A model generated the notes under the pieces. The model had not been told where the DNA came from. It saw only the letters and a list, made by a program, of their open reading frames with translations, and did not search any database. A stretch of DNA of 63,777 bases, the filler included, from Octopus bimaculoides (lineage: Eukaryota): assembly GCF_001194135.2 (NCBI RefSeq). It is 7 parts of 7 records of this genome, joined end to end, with 100 filler letters (N's around TTAATTAATTAA, not from the genome) between each part and the next. Parts side by side here need not be neighbours in the genome. Positions count along the whole stretch, not along the records: positions 1 to 17,786 come from NC_068986.1; positions 17,887 to 36,750 come from NC_068985.1; 5 more parts are not named here. One strand, given 5' to 3'. Of this stretch, positions 10,801 to 23,700 are shown one piece after another. Positions within the stretch are counted from its first letter, which is position 1. Every line of letters begins with the position of its first letter. The position numbers and the translations under genes are program-made.

Positions 10801-13800
10801 CGACGGCACCGATAGATGACCAAGAACTTCCATTGCAACGAACGTAGCACAATTGATTTCAGATATCTTTGGCAAAACGCTTGTTGCTGTACCCATAACT
10901 TTCAGTAATATTAGAGAAGTATCTCTCTCTCTCCCAGTCTGTAATTATTGTTGTTGTTAACTGTAAGATTCAACACAGTTTGTCTTTATTTGCGACCAAA
11001 AAATTTCTGTTAAATGTTCGCGGATAATGTTCAGTTATTTCACGCAGCCAAGAAACATTTTTCCAATCATTGACTCACTCAACCAGCTACCACAACTGTA
11101 TGAACTAAACATCATGAGACTACACGTGATACATGAAAGTATCTCAACATTTTCGTGTTTCAAAAGTTCAACAGATATATTTTTCCCTATAAAATGAAAT
11201 TTCTACAAACTAAATCGTCATTTACAGGCATGATGAGACGAATACATATAATAGAAGTCACACAAGAGAGATATTATTGAATTCGCCACATTCGAAGAAT
11301 ATGTGGTATACCAAATCCTATAAATGTACTTGGAGCTTTATAATCAAGCAGTACGATTATATAGACTTGGAGGTTTTTTTTTGTTTTACTGTTTTCCAAA
11401 GTCGAATTAATATCGTTCGCATATGAAAGTTTGCTTGGCTTGGGAAATAAAAATGCGAAAATCTTTAGGTAGCATTTGTGTCGGAAGATATTTTAGTTCT
11501 CACTATGTACAATAATACAACGTGTTACCCATAATGTTCTAGTAAATATTCATACAGGAATTTATAATGTTGGCAATTCATCCTTTTTTTTATTTTTAGA
11601 CCATTTGTTCAACATGAATATTTGTATGCAAAAATTTTACGGTGATGCTTCAATGTTCATAATATAAGAAAGGAATATATATTGCTTTATCTCTGAAATA
11701 ATAAATAATAATGATGGTAGTTATGACGATTTTGAAAATACCTATGTAGTATCTGAGGAAAAAGTAAAAACACGTTGAGTTGATGATCATAACGATGAGA
11801 ATATATTTAAATAACTACATACATTAAAAACAAAACAAAACAAAACTGAAACGAAAATGTCTGTGTGCTGCCATATATCACCAATTAAAACGTCATTTGG
11901 CAAATATATTTTCTGAAATATCTGTCATTATTGTTGTTATTGCCGTCTTTAATTTCACTAACATCTAGAGTATACAAGCTAAGTTTTCGTATAAACATAT
12001 TTATGTTACAGTCTGGTAACCAAAACTAATCAATAAAAATCTAACGTTAAACTGGAAGTCTAAACTCGTACTTTAACCAACATTGCTCTCCGAAATATTT
12101 GCTCTGAGAACCAAACAATGCCTTCACGTCTATTGTTGGTATTAGTAATACACATTACCACCGTATAAAGTATCCCCCATCTCCCTTAAAAATCCATTAT
12201 AAATATGTATTATGCTATATCTCTATATTTGATTTTGTGAGATCTAAATATTTCTTATATTTTATATTTTCATGTCTTCCTCTTTCTCGAATGCCTTACA
12301 CGTTCAACATTTGCAACCATTCCCAGATATAACTAAAACTTTCTGTTATTGATTGTACAAATCTATACTTATTGCTTAAGAGTAGAAGGCAGTTTCTCAT
12401 TTATTCTTTTCTTATTTCAACATACGTACGTTCCACTCCTCCTGAGATCTTATTTTATTTCAGTTGGTATTATTTACATACCAAATTTTGTTTTTATATC
12501 TGACAATCCCAGGTGCAAGAGAACAAAAAAAAAAAATTTACAAGAATGCTTTGATACACTTTCACTATTACTTTACTGAATCATTGATGGGGTTTCGTAA
12601 GAAAATGATTGTTCTCAACCATCAACAGATATTTTTCTTAATGTTTTCTGTTGTGAACTGCATTGCTAATGTACGCTAGCAATGATGTAGGTTTCAGTGC
12701 AATTCCTTTCTGCTTTTCCGATATGCATATATTAATGTTGTCTAAGCTCATCACTGAATACATACATAGGAATACATACGTACGTACATACACATAACAA
12801 TATATATACATATATGCATACACATACACGCACACATGACTATGTCTGACCCTAAGAGAAAACATACTTTATAATAAAAGCAGGTTATATAAGTTGCAGC
12901 AACTAGATATGTGTTGTGTATATCTTTTCTTCTGTTTTGATTAATGTTTCTAGTGGATGCACATGTATAAAATATTCCCCATGGATCACTGACAAAAGAT
13001 TATTACAGACAAAACCTCTAAGAGAGAAATTATTGGGTTTATACATAAATATATCGTAAACAGCAGAAATGTTGGGAATTCAAATATCGTCTTTCTGCCT
13101 GTAAATTTGTTAAGAAGTTCTCTTAGAAAACACTAACAAAAAATATAATGTAACCTTAGAATATTCTCCTGTAAAGCACTTGTAATATGCTCATTGAAAA
13201 TGGATAAATTCAAGCATGTAGCGATCTTATAATCATATTATTGTAAATCCGAATTTATTCATCTTCATTGAGCACTTTACAAAACCTTTCAATTGGGAAC
13301 TATTTTCATATTTGTGATATATTTGTATAATCTGTGTAAGAAGTTCAGCGCTATTTTACATTTACATCTTAGTTTTATTGTTAATCTCAGAGAGTTGTGT
13401 AACAGGCACATGCATTTGTGCTCCAGCTTGGTACAGAGCCCGCTGTTGTGACTAAGTTTATAAAAGCCTGTAATTATGAGCATGTCTATATCCATAAGGA
13501 ATTGTTTCACTTTTGTAAACATTAAATGGTAGAACTGTTGTTTATCAACGATATGACCAAGGGTAAATATCTCAGGGCAATATTCTTTATATTGCATAAA
13601 TATACAGTTAGGGACTCGTATATTTGATATAGTGAGAAGAAAACCACTGGTGATCTGACTTTATTCATGTACGTCATGAAAACATCTCTCTTTAATCGTG
13701 TTTAAATCTAAAACGCCAACAAGTACAAGTATAAGTCCACAAACATCAACCAACTAATTCCCTGAGGTATACTCAGTAATATTGTTGATATTCTTTATCT

Positions 13801-14819
13801 GCCTCACAATAGTCATTCTATTAAAGTATACACTGATTACTGTTAGGTTTTCCAATCTAGTAGAATACAGTTCCCTGAGAATGTTTGATAAGACTGAATC
13901 ATATTCTATATATTCATCAATTGTTTTTTTCAAAAGAACATAGGATGTCATATGCACTTTAGATATTGTTGTAAAAATGCTGGGTAGATCTTTTTTTTAG
14001 TTCGCTCCAACACATTTGTATTAATTTTTTTTAAAAATCCCTGAGTAGAGATGTTGTCTACGAGCAACTTTGCAACTCTCAGCAATTCGAGTCAAATATG
14101 CAATATGCCAATTTATATCTCACTATATCATAAATGTAAAACCCGTCCGTATGTCCTATGATTTGATCGGAATCCAAACTAAAACGTTCTGGTTTCTCAG
14201 AACGCCTTTGAGATCTTCATCTGAAAAGTGTTAAAACAAGTGTCTTTTGCGTTTTACTACAAATTTGAGGATTCATTCATGCATTGTTACAAACGTGTAA
14301 CAGATACTATTGAAAATATCTATTTTGCTACTTTAAAAGTGGAGACACTGAAAATTGATTTAAATATAGAGACTGAATTTAAGTGAGGGACAGACCTGGA
14401 CTTTTTTTATTTTTCTTCTTGCTTAGTGGCTGAAAACACAATAATTCTGCCAAAATGTCAGTCATATATAGCAAGTAATTACTAGTAGAAGTGAAGTCAA
14501 GCGTTTGCCTCTCACCGTTATCTGTGTTGCCAATAATTAATGTCAACAAAATAGGAAAATGAAGGCTTGCTGTTTGTTTTGTCTATTATCACATCTTCCA
14601 AATACTAAGACTTCAGCAGCCGTTAATGTATTCGTATGAAAGAAGCCAACGAAGAAATTATTCATCACTCAATCTGTAAACAATAACAGCCAAATTTTCC
14701 TGAAATTATATATTCGATTTTACAAAGAGACTGAACTCAAGATTTCTTTCTTTCTGCCTTGTTGTTCTTCATATCAATTTACATACAAATATACACATAC
14801 AGGCATATATATATATATA

Positions 14820-15050
14820 TACACGTGGTGTGCACAGAAGCAAACCAACTTTAATTTTCCCGCCAAAACTAAAGCCGCCTGGGCAAAATCCTTCTTGCAC
14901 GTGCATGAAAATTTTCGCGTTAGTTCCCGTGTGTTACGCTTGCGGAATTAAGTTTACTTTGTTTAATCTAAATTAATCATTGTGTCTGGTGGTCTTCATT
15001 TGCCCCAGGTCCGCTAGCGCTCCGGTCGTTTCTCTTTCATCCTTTTGTGT
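14820..15050. promoter_or_regulatory. CpG-enriched segment with E2F-like sites and E-boxes (putative promoter)
   Basis: TTTTCCCGCCAAAA (14855-14868), TTTTCGCG (14912-14919), CACGTG (14822-14827 and 14898-14903). CpG density is clearly above the AT-rich flanks. Function is inferred; a transposon end is an alternative. Confidence 0.3.
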
Positions 15051-15343
15051 ATAAGAGACCATATTAAATTTTCTTCAAAACATGTCGCAGTAAATTATTG
15101 GATGAGGGATATTAAATTGCTGTTGTTTTTAGCAGATTCATTGATTATTTAAATGTTCTGTCGTTCAGACTAACGTATGTCAAATGATTTTGTCATAACT
15201 ACACTGCAACATCGTTAACGTAATACGAACCACCAACACTTTAGCCAGTTAGATGGATCTCCATAAACACGATGAAGTATATAGAATTTCAGAGATTATT
15301 ATGATAGTAGAGTCTAAATATATATGTTCATGCTTCATTTGAA

Positions 15344-15370
15344 ATGGCAACAACAAAACAATTCACTGAG
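15344..15370 (+). CDS. Possible short first coding exon (MATTKQFTE)
   Basis: gaaATGG start context and a consensus donor GAG|GTAAGT at 15370/15371, downstream of the CpG/E2F segment. No homology evidence. Confidence 0.2.
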
Positions 15371-16099
15371 GTAAGTATTCAAGCAGAAGGCATTTCTCAT
15401 CAGACAAGTTTCAACATACATCAATATCGTTAATATTGTCATGATTACATGTTCCGAAGTATCATTCTGGTGAAATAGCGAAAAGCAGGTGCCTTTGCAC
15501 GGTTGATAAAACACTACTACTAATTCGATCCGAACTAAAGTATATAAGTTGTGCAAGAAATAAATCAATGCAAAAACTCTTAGAAAGGATCTACATTCAT
15601 TGACGTGAATGTTAACACTATATAAAACTTGGCGAAGATAAATATAATGACATGAGTAACCAACTTGAAAATGAATGTTTATCCCTGTTTGAATTCCAAT
15701 TTCTTTTACAGATGTTAACCGACTAAATCAGTAGTAGTTCTGGTAAAATTGTTCTATTCATCTCCTTTAACTATTCCTAAATATTGCGACTAAGCTTCAA
15801 TTCTTAGTTGGTGGATTACATCGAAAGCATTTAGCTGTAACTGGTGGTTTGTTGAGTTTACACGGGCATTGCATTTTCCATAGATTAACGTAAGATAAGC
15901 CACGTGTTAACAATTGTCAACGTTAGCTTACAGTTATTTGAGTAAATTCAGATATTAGTGGAAAGCAGATTCAGAAATCAGTGTAATATGGAACATACAC
16001 ATATATACGCGGACGGATATGCATGAATATATCAGCGCTTGAGGCTGTGTTATAACATTCTTCCAACTGAAAAATATAAAAATTATGCGTGTTCATGTA

Positions 16100-16245
16100 T
16101 TGAGTTGTGTTTCGTGTTCTTTTACGAAGCATTTGCTTCTCAAACGCATGGTTCTGGGTTCAATCCCACAACACGGCAACCAGGGCAAGTATCTGTTGCT
16201 AAAGCCTTCTGAGTGGATTTGGTTGACTGAAACTGAAAGTATGCA
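16100..16245 (+). mobile_element. Degenerate CORE-like SINE (5' half)
   Basis: GCATGGTTCTGGGTTCAATCCCAC..GGCAACCAGGGCAAGT...AAAGCCTTCTGAGTGGATTTGGT aligns with 59676-59830. Confidence 0.7.
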
Positions 16246-16635
16246 CACACACACTCACACACACACAACATACACACACACACACATACACGCACACACT
16301 CATGCACACACACACACACACTTCTCAACTTACAACCTATGTGACTTACGAACATTCGCACTCTTACAACGACAAAAAAATAAGGAAATAAAAAAAGCAA
16401 AAAATCGATTTTAGGACGTCGGGCAGCTCCGCGTACGTAAACTATGGCAACAACTGACAACGCAGGCCTCCCTCACTTCTTCAGACCCAGGCATCCACCA
16501 CCTGCCATTGTCTCTCACTCATTCGCTTTCAAGCCACAGTTGCGTTAGGTAAGACAACAAAAGACAACAGAAGAAAGAGACCTCGATATTATGTAAGTAC
16601 AGGAATTTATCTGTAAATATGTGACAATTATTCGG

Positions 16636-16710
16636 TAGCCATGATAAAACTCCGAGTTTCGGATGTCGGGGTGGAAACTCACGCCGCCATCACTTCAGTC
16701 ATCTGGCCAT
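16636..16710 (-). ncRNA. Hammerhead ribozyme candidate, mutated partner copy
   Basis: Minus strand GCCAGATGA-CTGAAGT-GATGG...CATCC-GAAA-CTCGGAGT-T-TTATCATGGC. A9 is changed to T, the triplet is GTT, and stem I is extended (GCCA/TGGC). Confidence 0.5.
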
Positions 16711-17033
16711 CGAAAAATGCTATGAAAAAGACCGTTAAACAGAGGGAAATTACTGTGATTGACCGTTATTAAGACAAAAGAGCTATTAGAATGGCCGCTA
16801 AGTGAGGGGAGGGAGTAAAGGTAAGGGAGTAAAATGTCCATAGTATTCGCGCAAGCGCACCAGTCCATACATACACATGCGCGCCCACACAGCCATGTGC
16901 ATGCGCCTATATGTATATACTCATATACCCTCACTTGAAACACACACATGCTCACCCACATATTCGTCCCAAAAAATTATATATATACCCGCATACACGC
17001 TCACGTTTAACGGTCATTTTCATAGCATTTTTC

Positions 17034-17094
17034 GATAACTGAAGAGATGACGGCGTGGGTTTCCACCCCGACATCCGAAACTCGGAGTCTTATC
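17034..17094 (+). ncRNA. Type I minimal hammerhead ribozyme candidate
   Basis: Stem I GATAA/TTATC; core CTGAAGA (17039-17045); long stem II GATG-A-CGG-C-GTGG-[GTTT]-CCAC-C-CCG-A-CATC plus one extra C; GAAA (17077-17080); stem III ACTC-G-GAGT; cleavage triplet GTC (C17 = 17089). Confidence 0.75.
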
Positions 17095-17155
17095 ATGGCT
17101 ACTGAATAATTGTCACATGTTATTTACAGAAATATATAAGTATATAAATAAATAC

Positions 17156-17269
<114 letters not shown>

Positions 17270-17589
17270 ATATATAAACACATATGTACACACATATGCA
17301 TATATATCGTCTAATATCAGCAGGATCTAAATATATGTTATCATAGGTTTGATGCCACTGAAGAAGTTGTAATCAGGAAATTTTGTATAGCGTGTCTTGT
17401 GTTTTAAATCCATCATTCAACCTCAAAATACTGCATGCATAGAAGCTTATTCGTCCTAATCTCAACGCGTGTTTAAATCCTGTGAATATTAAATGCTATC
17501 TATCTCTGAGTCCATGGTATCATTGTAAGCTTTCTTGTTGATTCCAGAAATAGTGGAGGAGTATATTATATTATAACCAGTGAGGCAGT

Positions 17590-17698
17590 TACGATGGAAT
17601 ACATCAACATTAGCGAAGAAGATGTACTACTAGCTATACATGAAGTGGACACAAACTCAACTGCTGGCCCTGATGGTTTCCCAGCAATCCTCCTTAAA
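17590..17698 (+). mobile_element. LINE (CR1/L2-type) ORF2 fragment, region just upstream of the RT core
   Basis: EYINISEEDVLLAIHEVDTNSTAGPDGFPAILLK contains the AGPDG motif of APE-type LINE ORF2. Confidence 0.75.
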
Positions 17699-17890
17699 AT
17701 TATGAGTTCCAGGTGCGCTTTCAAACCCCAAAACAAAATATTTTACTTCTTCCTGTATTGGAATACACTTCCCTCAATATATATATNNNNNNNNNNNNNN
17801 NNNNNNNNNNNNNNNNNNNNNNNNNNNNNNTTAATTAATTAANNNNNNNNNNNNNNNNNNNNNNNNNNNNNNNNNNNNNNNNNNNNTATA

Positions 17891-18232
17891 GGCGCGGGAG
17901 TGGATGCGTAATAAGTAGCTTGTTTACCAACCACATGGTTTCAGGTTCAGTCCCACTACTTGGCAACTTGGGCAAGTGCCTTCTCCGACCATACACTTGT
18001 GGGTGGATTTGGTTGGCAGAAATATGTATGATGTATGTATATGTTTGTGTGTCTGTGTTTGTTCTCCCACAATCGATTGACACCCGATGCTGGTGTGTTT
18101 ACACCCTCGAAACTTTGGGATTCCGCAAAAAGGACCGATTAAACATATACTAGGCTTGCAAAAAATAAGTCGTTGCGTCGATTTCTTCGACTAAAGGCGG
18201 TGCTCTAGCATGGTCGCAGTCAAATGACTGAA
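17891..18232 (+). mobile_element. CORE-like tRNA-derived SINE, tail type T2
   Basis: GGAGTGG...AAGTAGCTTGTTTACCAACCAC..GGTTCAGTCCCACT..GGCAACTTGGGCAAGTG, ending AAAGGCGGTGCTCTAGCATGGTCGCAGTCAAATGACTGAAAC. Colinear with 59676-60160. Confidence 0.85.
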
Positions 18233-18365
18233 ACACGGAGTAGATAAAACAGGGGACAACTAATGAAGAGAATGTTCTCTATAGAATATTTTTTTCTCTC
18301 CAATATATGGCTCGTTTCTCATATTGTCTACGTTTTTTCTGATGTCCTGTATCCATATATGCATG
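18230..18365 (+). mobile_element. Penelope-type pseudo-LTR-like dispersed repeat fragment
   Basis: GAAACACGGAGTAGATAAAACAGGGGACAACTAATGAAG matches the minus-strand copy at 63210-63250 (GAAACGCGGTGTAGATGAAACAGGGACAACTGACGAAG). Confidence 0.55.
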
Positions 18366-18416
18366 TATATACACATATATATGTAGGTATGCAGATATGT
18401 ATGTATTTATGTATAC

Positions 18417-18455
<39 letters not shown>

Positions 18456-19288
18456 CTTTTAGTGTAATAAAGATAGCAGCGAAACCTCCTCTTAAGTGTA
18501 GCTGTGGAGTTGTGGACACGCAATGCTGAAAATGAAAGTGGGATCGTTTGAGTAGAAGTATCATATGATGTAAGAACTATCGGGTCACTGACTGTTGTGG
18601 TATAAACAATAGTCATCAACTCACATGCGATATAGAGATTTTTTTTCTGAATCAAGAATGCAACATACGTTTTAAGAGGAAATAACATATATCAGATAAA
18701 TAAAACTTTAATATTTTCGCATAAATCTGTCTACATTACTTATTTACGTAATGTGACTTTTCTTCTCATTAACTGTTTATTACTCGTCGTCCATGTTTCG
18801 TATATATTTTAAAGTCTCCAATATTTCATTTCAGTTCATTGGCCATATACACACTTAGAAGGATGTTGACTTCAATTTGAATTATTATCGTAAGTTGAAC
18901 TTCTTTTATTACTTTTCCTTGACTTCTCTTTACGAACTATGTTTCATATTAGAGAATGCGTTATTTTGTAAAATTTACGACAGTGAACTTCGGATAAATG
19001 TTCCGGTAACCCAAAGTAGGTTTGATATAAGCCTTCTACCAAATTAATGTCTCTGCAAATGTTATACTATTCGCATGGATTTTGATTTGTAATCTTTTGG
19101 TTGAGGGCATATACCTTAAACATGCTACATTTTTTTATAACCACCATTAATATAAAAAAATAATGAAATTAGACAGGGAAAACAAATACAACTGCAACGG
19201 AAGTACAGCTTAGGAAATAATGTAACAATTTTAATAACATATATATATGTATGTGTTTATGTGTGTGAGTGCCTGTGAATATAGGCGC

Positions 19289-19366
<78 letters not shown>

Positions 19367-20017
19367 TATAATTACATATATATATGTATATGTACACATA
19401 CATGTACACACACACATGCTTATCTGCATATATATTCATATATTTATGCCTGTATCCATCTATCAATCTATCTATATATGTATACGTGCAAGTATGTATG
19501 TGTACATATATGTGTGTGTTTGTGTGAGTGTGTGCGTATAGGCGGAGAGATATACTAGTATCTGTGTCTAGGTACATTAATTGAAGTTATATCTGCCAAT
19601 ATATGTAAATTTATTCATACCGAAATATATAAAATAATTATTTTTACTCATCCGTAATAGGATGCAAGTTCATAAATGACGTAGTATGAAAAAACTTCTA
19701 TGATTTCTAATCTAAATAACATTTCCCCTCTTTGCTCTCTTTCTCATATAGTTCAGCTCGAATGCTGATATGACTATATGGTCAGGTATATGACTATATG
19801 GTAAAGGTATAATATATCTATGCGTGTGTTGGTAGTTATAGCGGTGTAGGTGTATGTGTATACGAATTTGCTAGATATCATTGAATATCTTCGTAGATAT
19901 TTTTCTAGAATAATTTTTCTCTCTCTTTGTCTCATATTATACATACGTATATATATGTCCATAATTATATCTATGTGTACAAACACAGGGCTACGCACAC
20001 ACAAACACACACACACA

Positions 20018-20057
<40 letters not shown>

Positions 20058-21060
20058 TATATATATACGTACATACATAAAGTATGGGAGTGACAGAGTG
20101 GGCTTTATACACACGCACACACACACACGACACATATATACACGCACGCTCACATACACATATGTCTGAAACGAGATGAAAGCGCTAAATAAATAATTAT
20201 CCCAAATTCTGACTACCTACTTATATTTTGCGTACAAACATTAACATACATTCATCCGTATATATGTGTGTGTTTGTGTGTGTATACACACACATTATAG
20301 TTTGTACGTAAGATATAATTCAAAAAAGAATTAAAGATTAAAACAGTTAAAAGATAAATATAAATTTAAAGAAGTAGAATAATTGCTTTTACATGTATTA
20401 GACCAAAATAATTCGGAGAGAATCTTCATAAAAACTTATTAATCTTAATTTTAAATTATTTTACACAGCAATGTAATTGATTTTCATAATGCTCAATTTT
20501 ACTTTACTTTAATCCAAAATATAAATATTTGAGATTTAAAAAGAGAAATCTGAAAACGAACGAAACAAAAAATTGAAAGTAATCTTATATTTTTTTTCTT
20601 CCAAATTTCCAACTAAGAAAACAGTGTTTCATCCTATGTGGAATTCAGCGAGCCAAGCATGTTTACTGCTTCTAAATTATAATATATATGCATACATGAT
20701 GCAAATATCACAGACGAAGTCGAAGTACGAAATATATGACGATGTACGATCAAATAAAAGTATAACCTGCAATGTAAATAACTTTAGTATTTTTTGTTTT
20801 ATTTGATGTAGACATGAATATATATTAAAACTCTATAAATACACAAAGTAAAATTATATATATGCATATATTTATAGAGAAACAAAACGATGTATGCATG
20901 CATACAAATCAGGAAATTTACATAAGTGAGTCTTCCGAAAATTCAATACATACGTATACTACATGGATATATATTTGTATATTTGTATATATATGTATGT
21001 ATGTGTGTGTTCGTATGTATGCGTGTATACGATCGGTATCCATGTAATCTACACACTTCT

Positions 21061-21128
<68 letters not shown>

Positions 21129-21453
21129 CATGTATATATATATATATATATATACGTATATATATATATGTATGTATGTGTGTGTGTTCATATGTATGCG
21201 TGTATACGATCGGTATCCATGTATCTACGCACTTCAAAAGCTTCAGGTTTAGCATGTGCAGATACATAAATAAATATGTATGCATTAATTCATTACATAA
21301 TTAATATCATATAGTCGAAGTACAATACTTATATAGTTGTACATAAAATAAGCACACAGTTATGTATTCATTTATGTATGTATAGATGTATATACTAACC
21401 TCTATCTTTGGACATCTTTCTTTCTCTGCATATAATACACACACACACACACA

Positions 21454-21492
<39 letters not shown>

Positions 21493-23700
21493 ACATGCAT
21501 GTACGCACACATGCAGAGACGTGCATAAATACATACATACATACAAATTTAAAATACATGAAGACATTTCGGCATACATATAGTAAATGCATATAAGTAA
21601 ATATCTATCTAGATGCATATAAGTACATATTACAATAACACTGGATAAGAATAAAATTTTTTGTAAGGTGTTTTAGTTTTTTCAATTAGTTTACAATTTT
21701 CCACCGCTGAATCCGAAAATAACATACGCTTCTCTCGATCAGGTCAGGTTTCTATGCTAAGTCCGATCTTCTGACNNNNNNNNNNNNNNNNNNNNNNNNN
21801 NNNNNNNNNNNNNNNNNNNNNNNNNNNNNNNNNNNNNNNNNNNNNNNNNNNNNNNNNNNNNNNNNNNNNNNNNNNNNNNNNNNNNNNNNNNNNNNNNNNN
21901 NNNNNNNNGTGTGTGTGTGTGTGTGTGATGATTTGGGTATTATTCATTAAATTGATTACATGTTTCTGACATCGTTTGATTTTTGTTAATATATCTCATC
22001 CGAAATAGGTTTTTAAGATTAAAAAAATGGGTTTCTAACACTACTGATTAAATGTCACAAACTTCGATTACTGTAAATTGAATAGTAGGCACTGATAATG
22101 ATAAGTACATGTAAATTAAATCTTACGTCATCCTCGTTCAAAATTCAGGCCTTGAACTTCCGTATATTCGAACCTCTAGAATGTCTCTCTTCAGAGTCCA
22201 ACACAAATCTGCCATCATGACTACATCTCTTTCATGTCGTGATGGAATTCTTCCCCCTTCTCTTCGCTCATTGGTCCCAGATTCTCAGGAAACCGATCCA
22301 TATGTGAGAGTAAGTAATGCATTTTAATGCTCATGTTGCATCCAAGATTTCAGGAAATCAGTCAGCATATCGGTGACGAGATCTGCGTAGTTCCTCGTCT
22401 TGTTGCCAAACAAGATCTTCACGACCAGAATAGAAGCCTTACACGCTTCCAGTTCCACTTCGCTCATTGAGTTTTCAAACTCAGGCTCTCTGATGAGCTG
22501 ATGTATTTGATGACCGTCAAAATGCCAACTTTCAACTTCTCAATGGTCAATCTTGGAAAAGCCTGGCACAAGTAAGTGAAGCAGACACCATCCTTGTCCA
22601 GAGCTTTAGTGAATTGCTTGATCAAGCTGAGCTTGATGTGTAGTGGTGGGAAGAGTATTCTGTCTCTGTCCACCAGGAGGTTGTTTATGAGTTTCTTAGT
22701 TAGCAAGGCACCAATTCCTCTCTCAAAGGCTAGTCCTTCTTCTTGTAATGCTGAGCAGTGTCCCTACTATCCCACATGCAATGAAAGCATGGGTACTTGG
22801 TGAACCTAGACTGTTGTCCCAACAAAAAATTCACCATCTTCAGGTCGACCTAAATAAACCACTGTGGGTGATCATAAAGAATTAATTCCAGCACATACCT
22901 CAGCGCTTCATACTTCTCCTTCAGTGTAGACGTGTGAGCGAGGGATACCCAAACTGGTTACCGTTGTGCCGCGGAACACATGTTAGCTTTCGCTTGCTGC
23001 TGTCAATGAATAGTCTCTAATCTTTGGGTTCGTAGTGTGGCACTCCAAGCTTGTGCAGAAAATTAGCAATATTTGTACAATACACCAAGTCCTTGTCTTC
23101 AGAGAAAAAAGCGGAGGCAATCTTGATGCCTGTTGCGATAGAAGGTGAATCAAGCACTGTCAGATAGGAGGGGTTTTTTTCCCTTCAATCTGGATGCCAA
23201 AAGTTCGGTAGAGGACTTTGACAATCCGAGACCACGAACTAGATCATTTATTTCCTTTTTGGAAAACGGATGTAAAGCATCAACTACTTTTTCTTCTTCA
23301 TATTCATGAACGCTGGAGGATTCTTCGTCACTAGTGTCAGGAAGTTCTCCGAAGACATGTACTGAAATTACATTACAGTGAACTAAGGACGAGGTGCTCA
23401 TTGAAGATCAGGATATTTGAGGCCGTCCCGGTTCTTTCTGTTGATCCCAGTCACATCAGTAGCGCAGAAATAGCAGTCACTGCCATAGGAATTCTAGACT
23501 TCAGACAACTCTTCTTATTTCTTTACTACCCACAAGAGCCTACACACAGAGGGGACAAACAAGGACAGACAAACGGATTAAGTCGATTATATTGAACCCA
23601 GTGCGTAACTGGTACTTAATTTATCGACCCCGAAAAGATGAAAGGCAAAGTCGACCTCGGCGGAATTTGAACTCAGAACGTAGCGGCAGACGAAATGCCG

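Larger units (their letters stand above)
16440..17135. mobile_element. Divergent inverted pair of Penelope-type pseudo-LTRs (arms ~16610-16740 and ~17005-17132), each with a hammerhead motif
   Basis: About 130-bp arms are near-identical reverse complements (GTGACAATTATTC.GTAGCCATGATAA.ACTCCGAGTTTCGGATGTCGGGGTGGAAAC). The spacer is GA-rich then CA-rich, as expected for two pLTR heads facing apart. Confidence 0.75.

Noticed and set aside
10560-10900. Tc1/mariner N-terminal remnant (DDPGSWPRPTAPIDDQEL)
   Set aside because: There is only a loose resemblance to DEPRSGRP; no catalytic motifs or TIRs were found.
17831-17842. TTAATTAATTAA islands in the middle of N runs (also ~36795, 48301, 55297, 57947, 61867)
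   Set aside because: An identical 12-mer centred in equal-length N blocks is an assembly or scaffolding spacer, not biology.
20985-21235. Direct duplication of ~70 bp (…GTATACGATCGGTATCCATGTA…) around a microsatellite
   Set aside because: Most simply local slippage or mis-assembly in low-complexity DNA.
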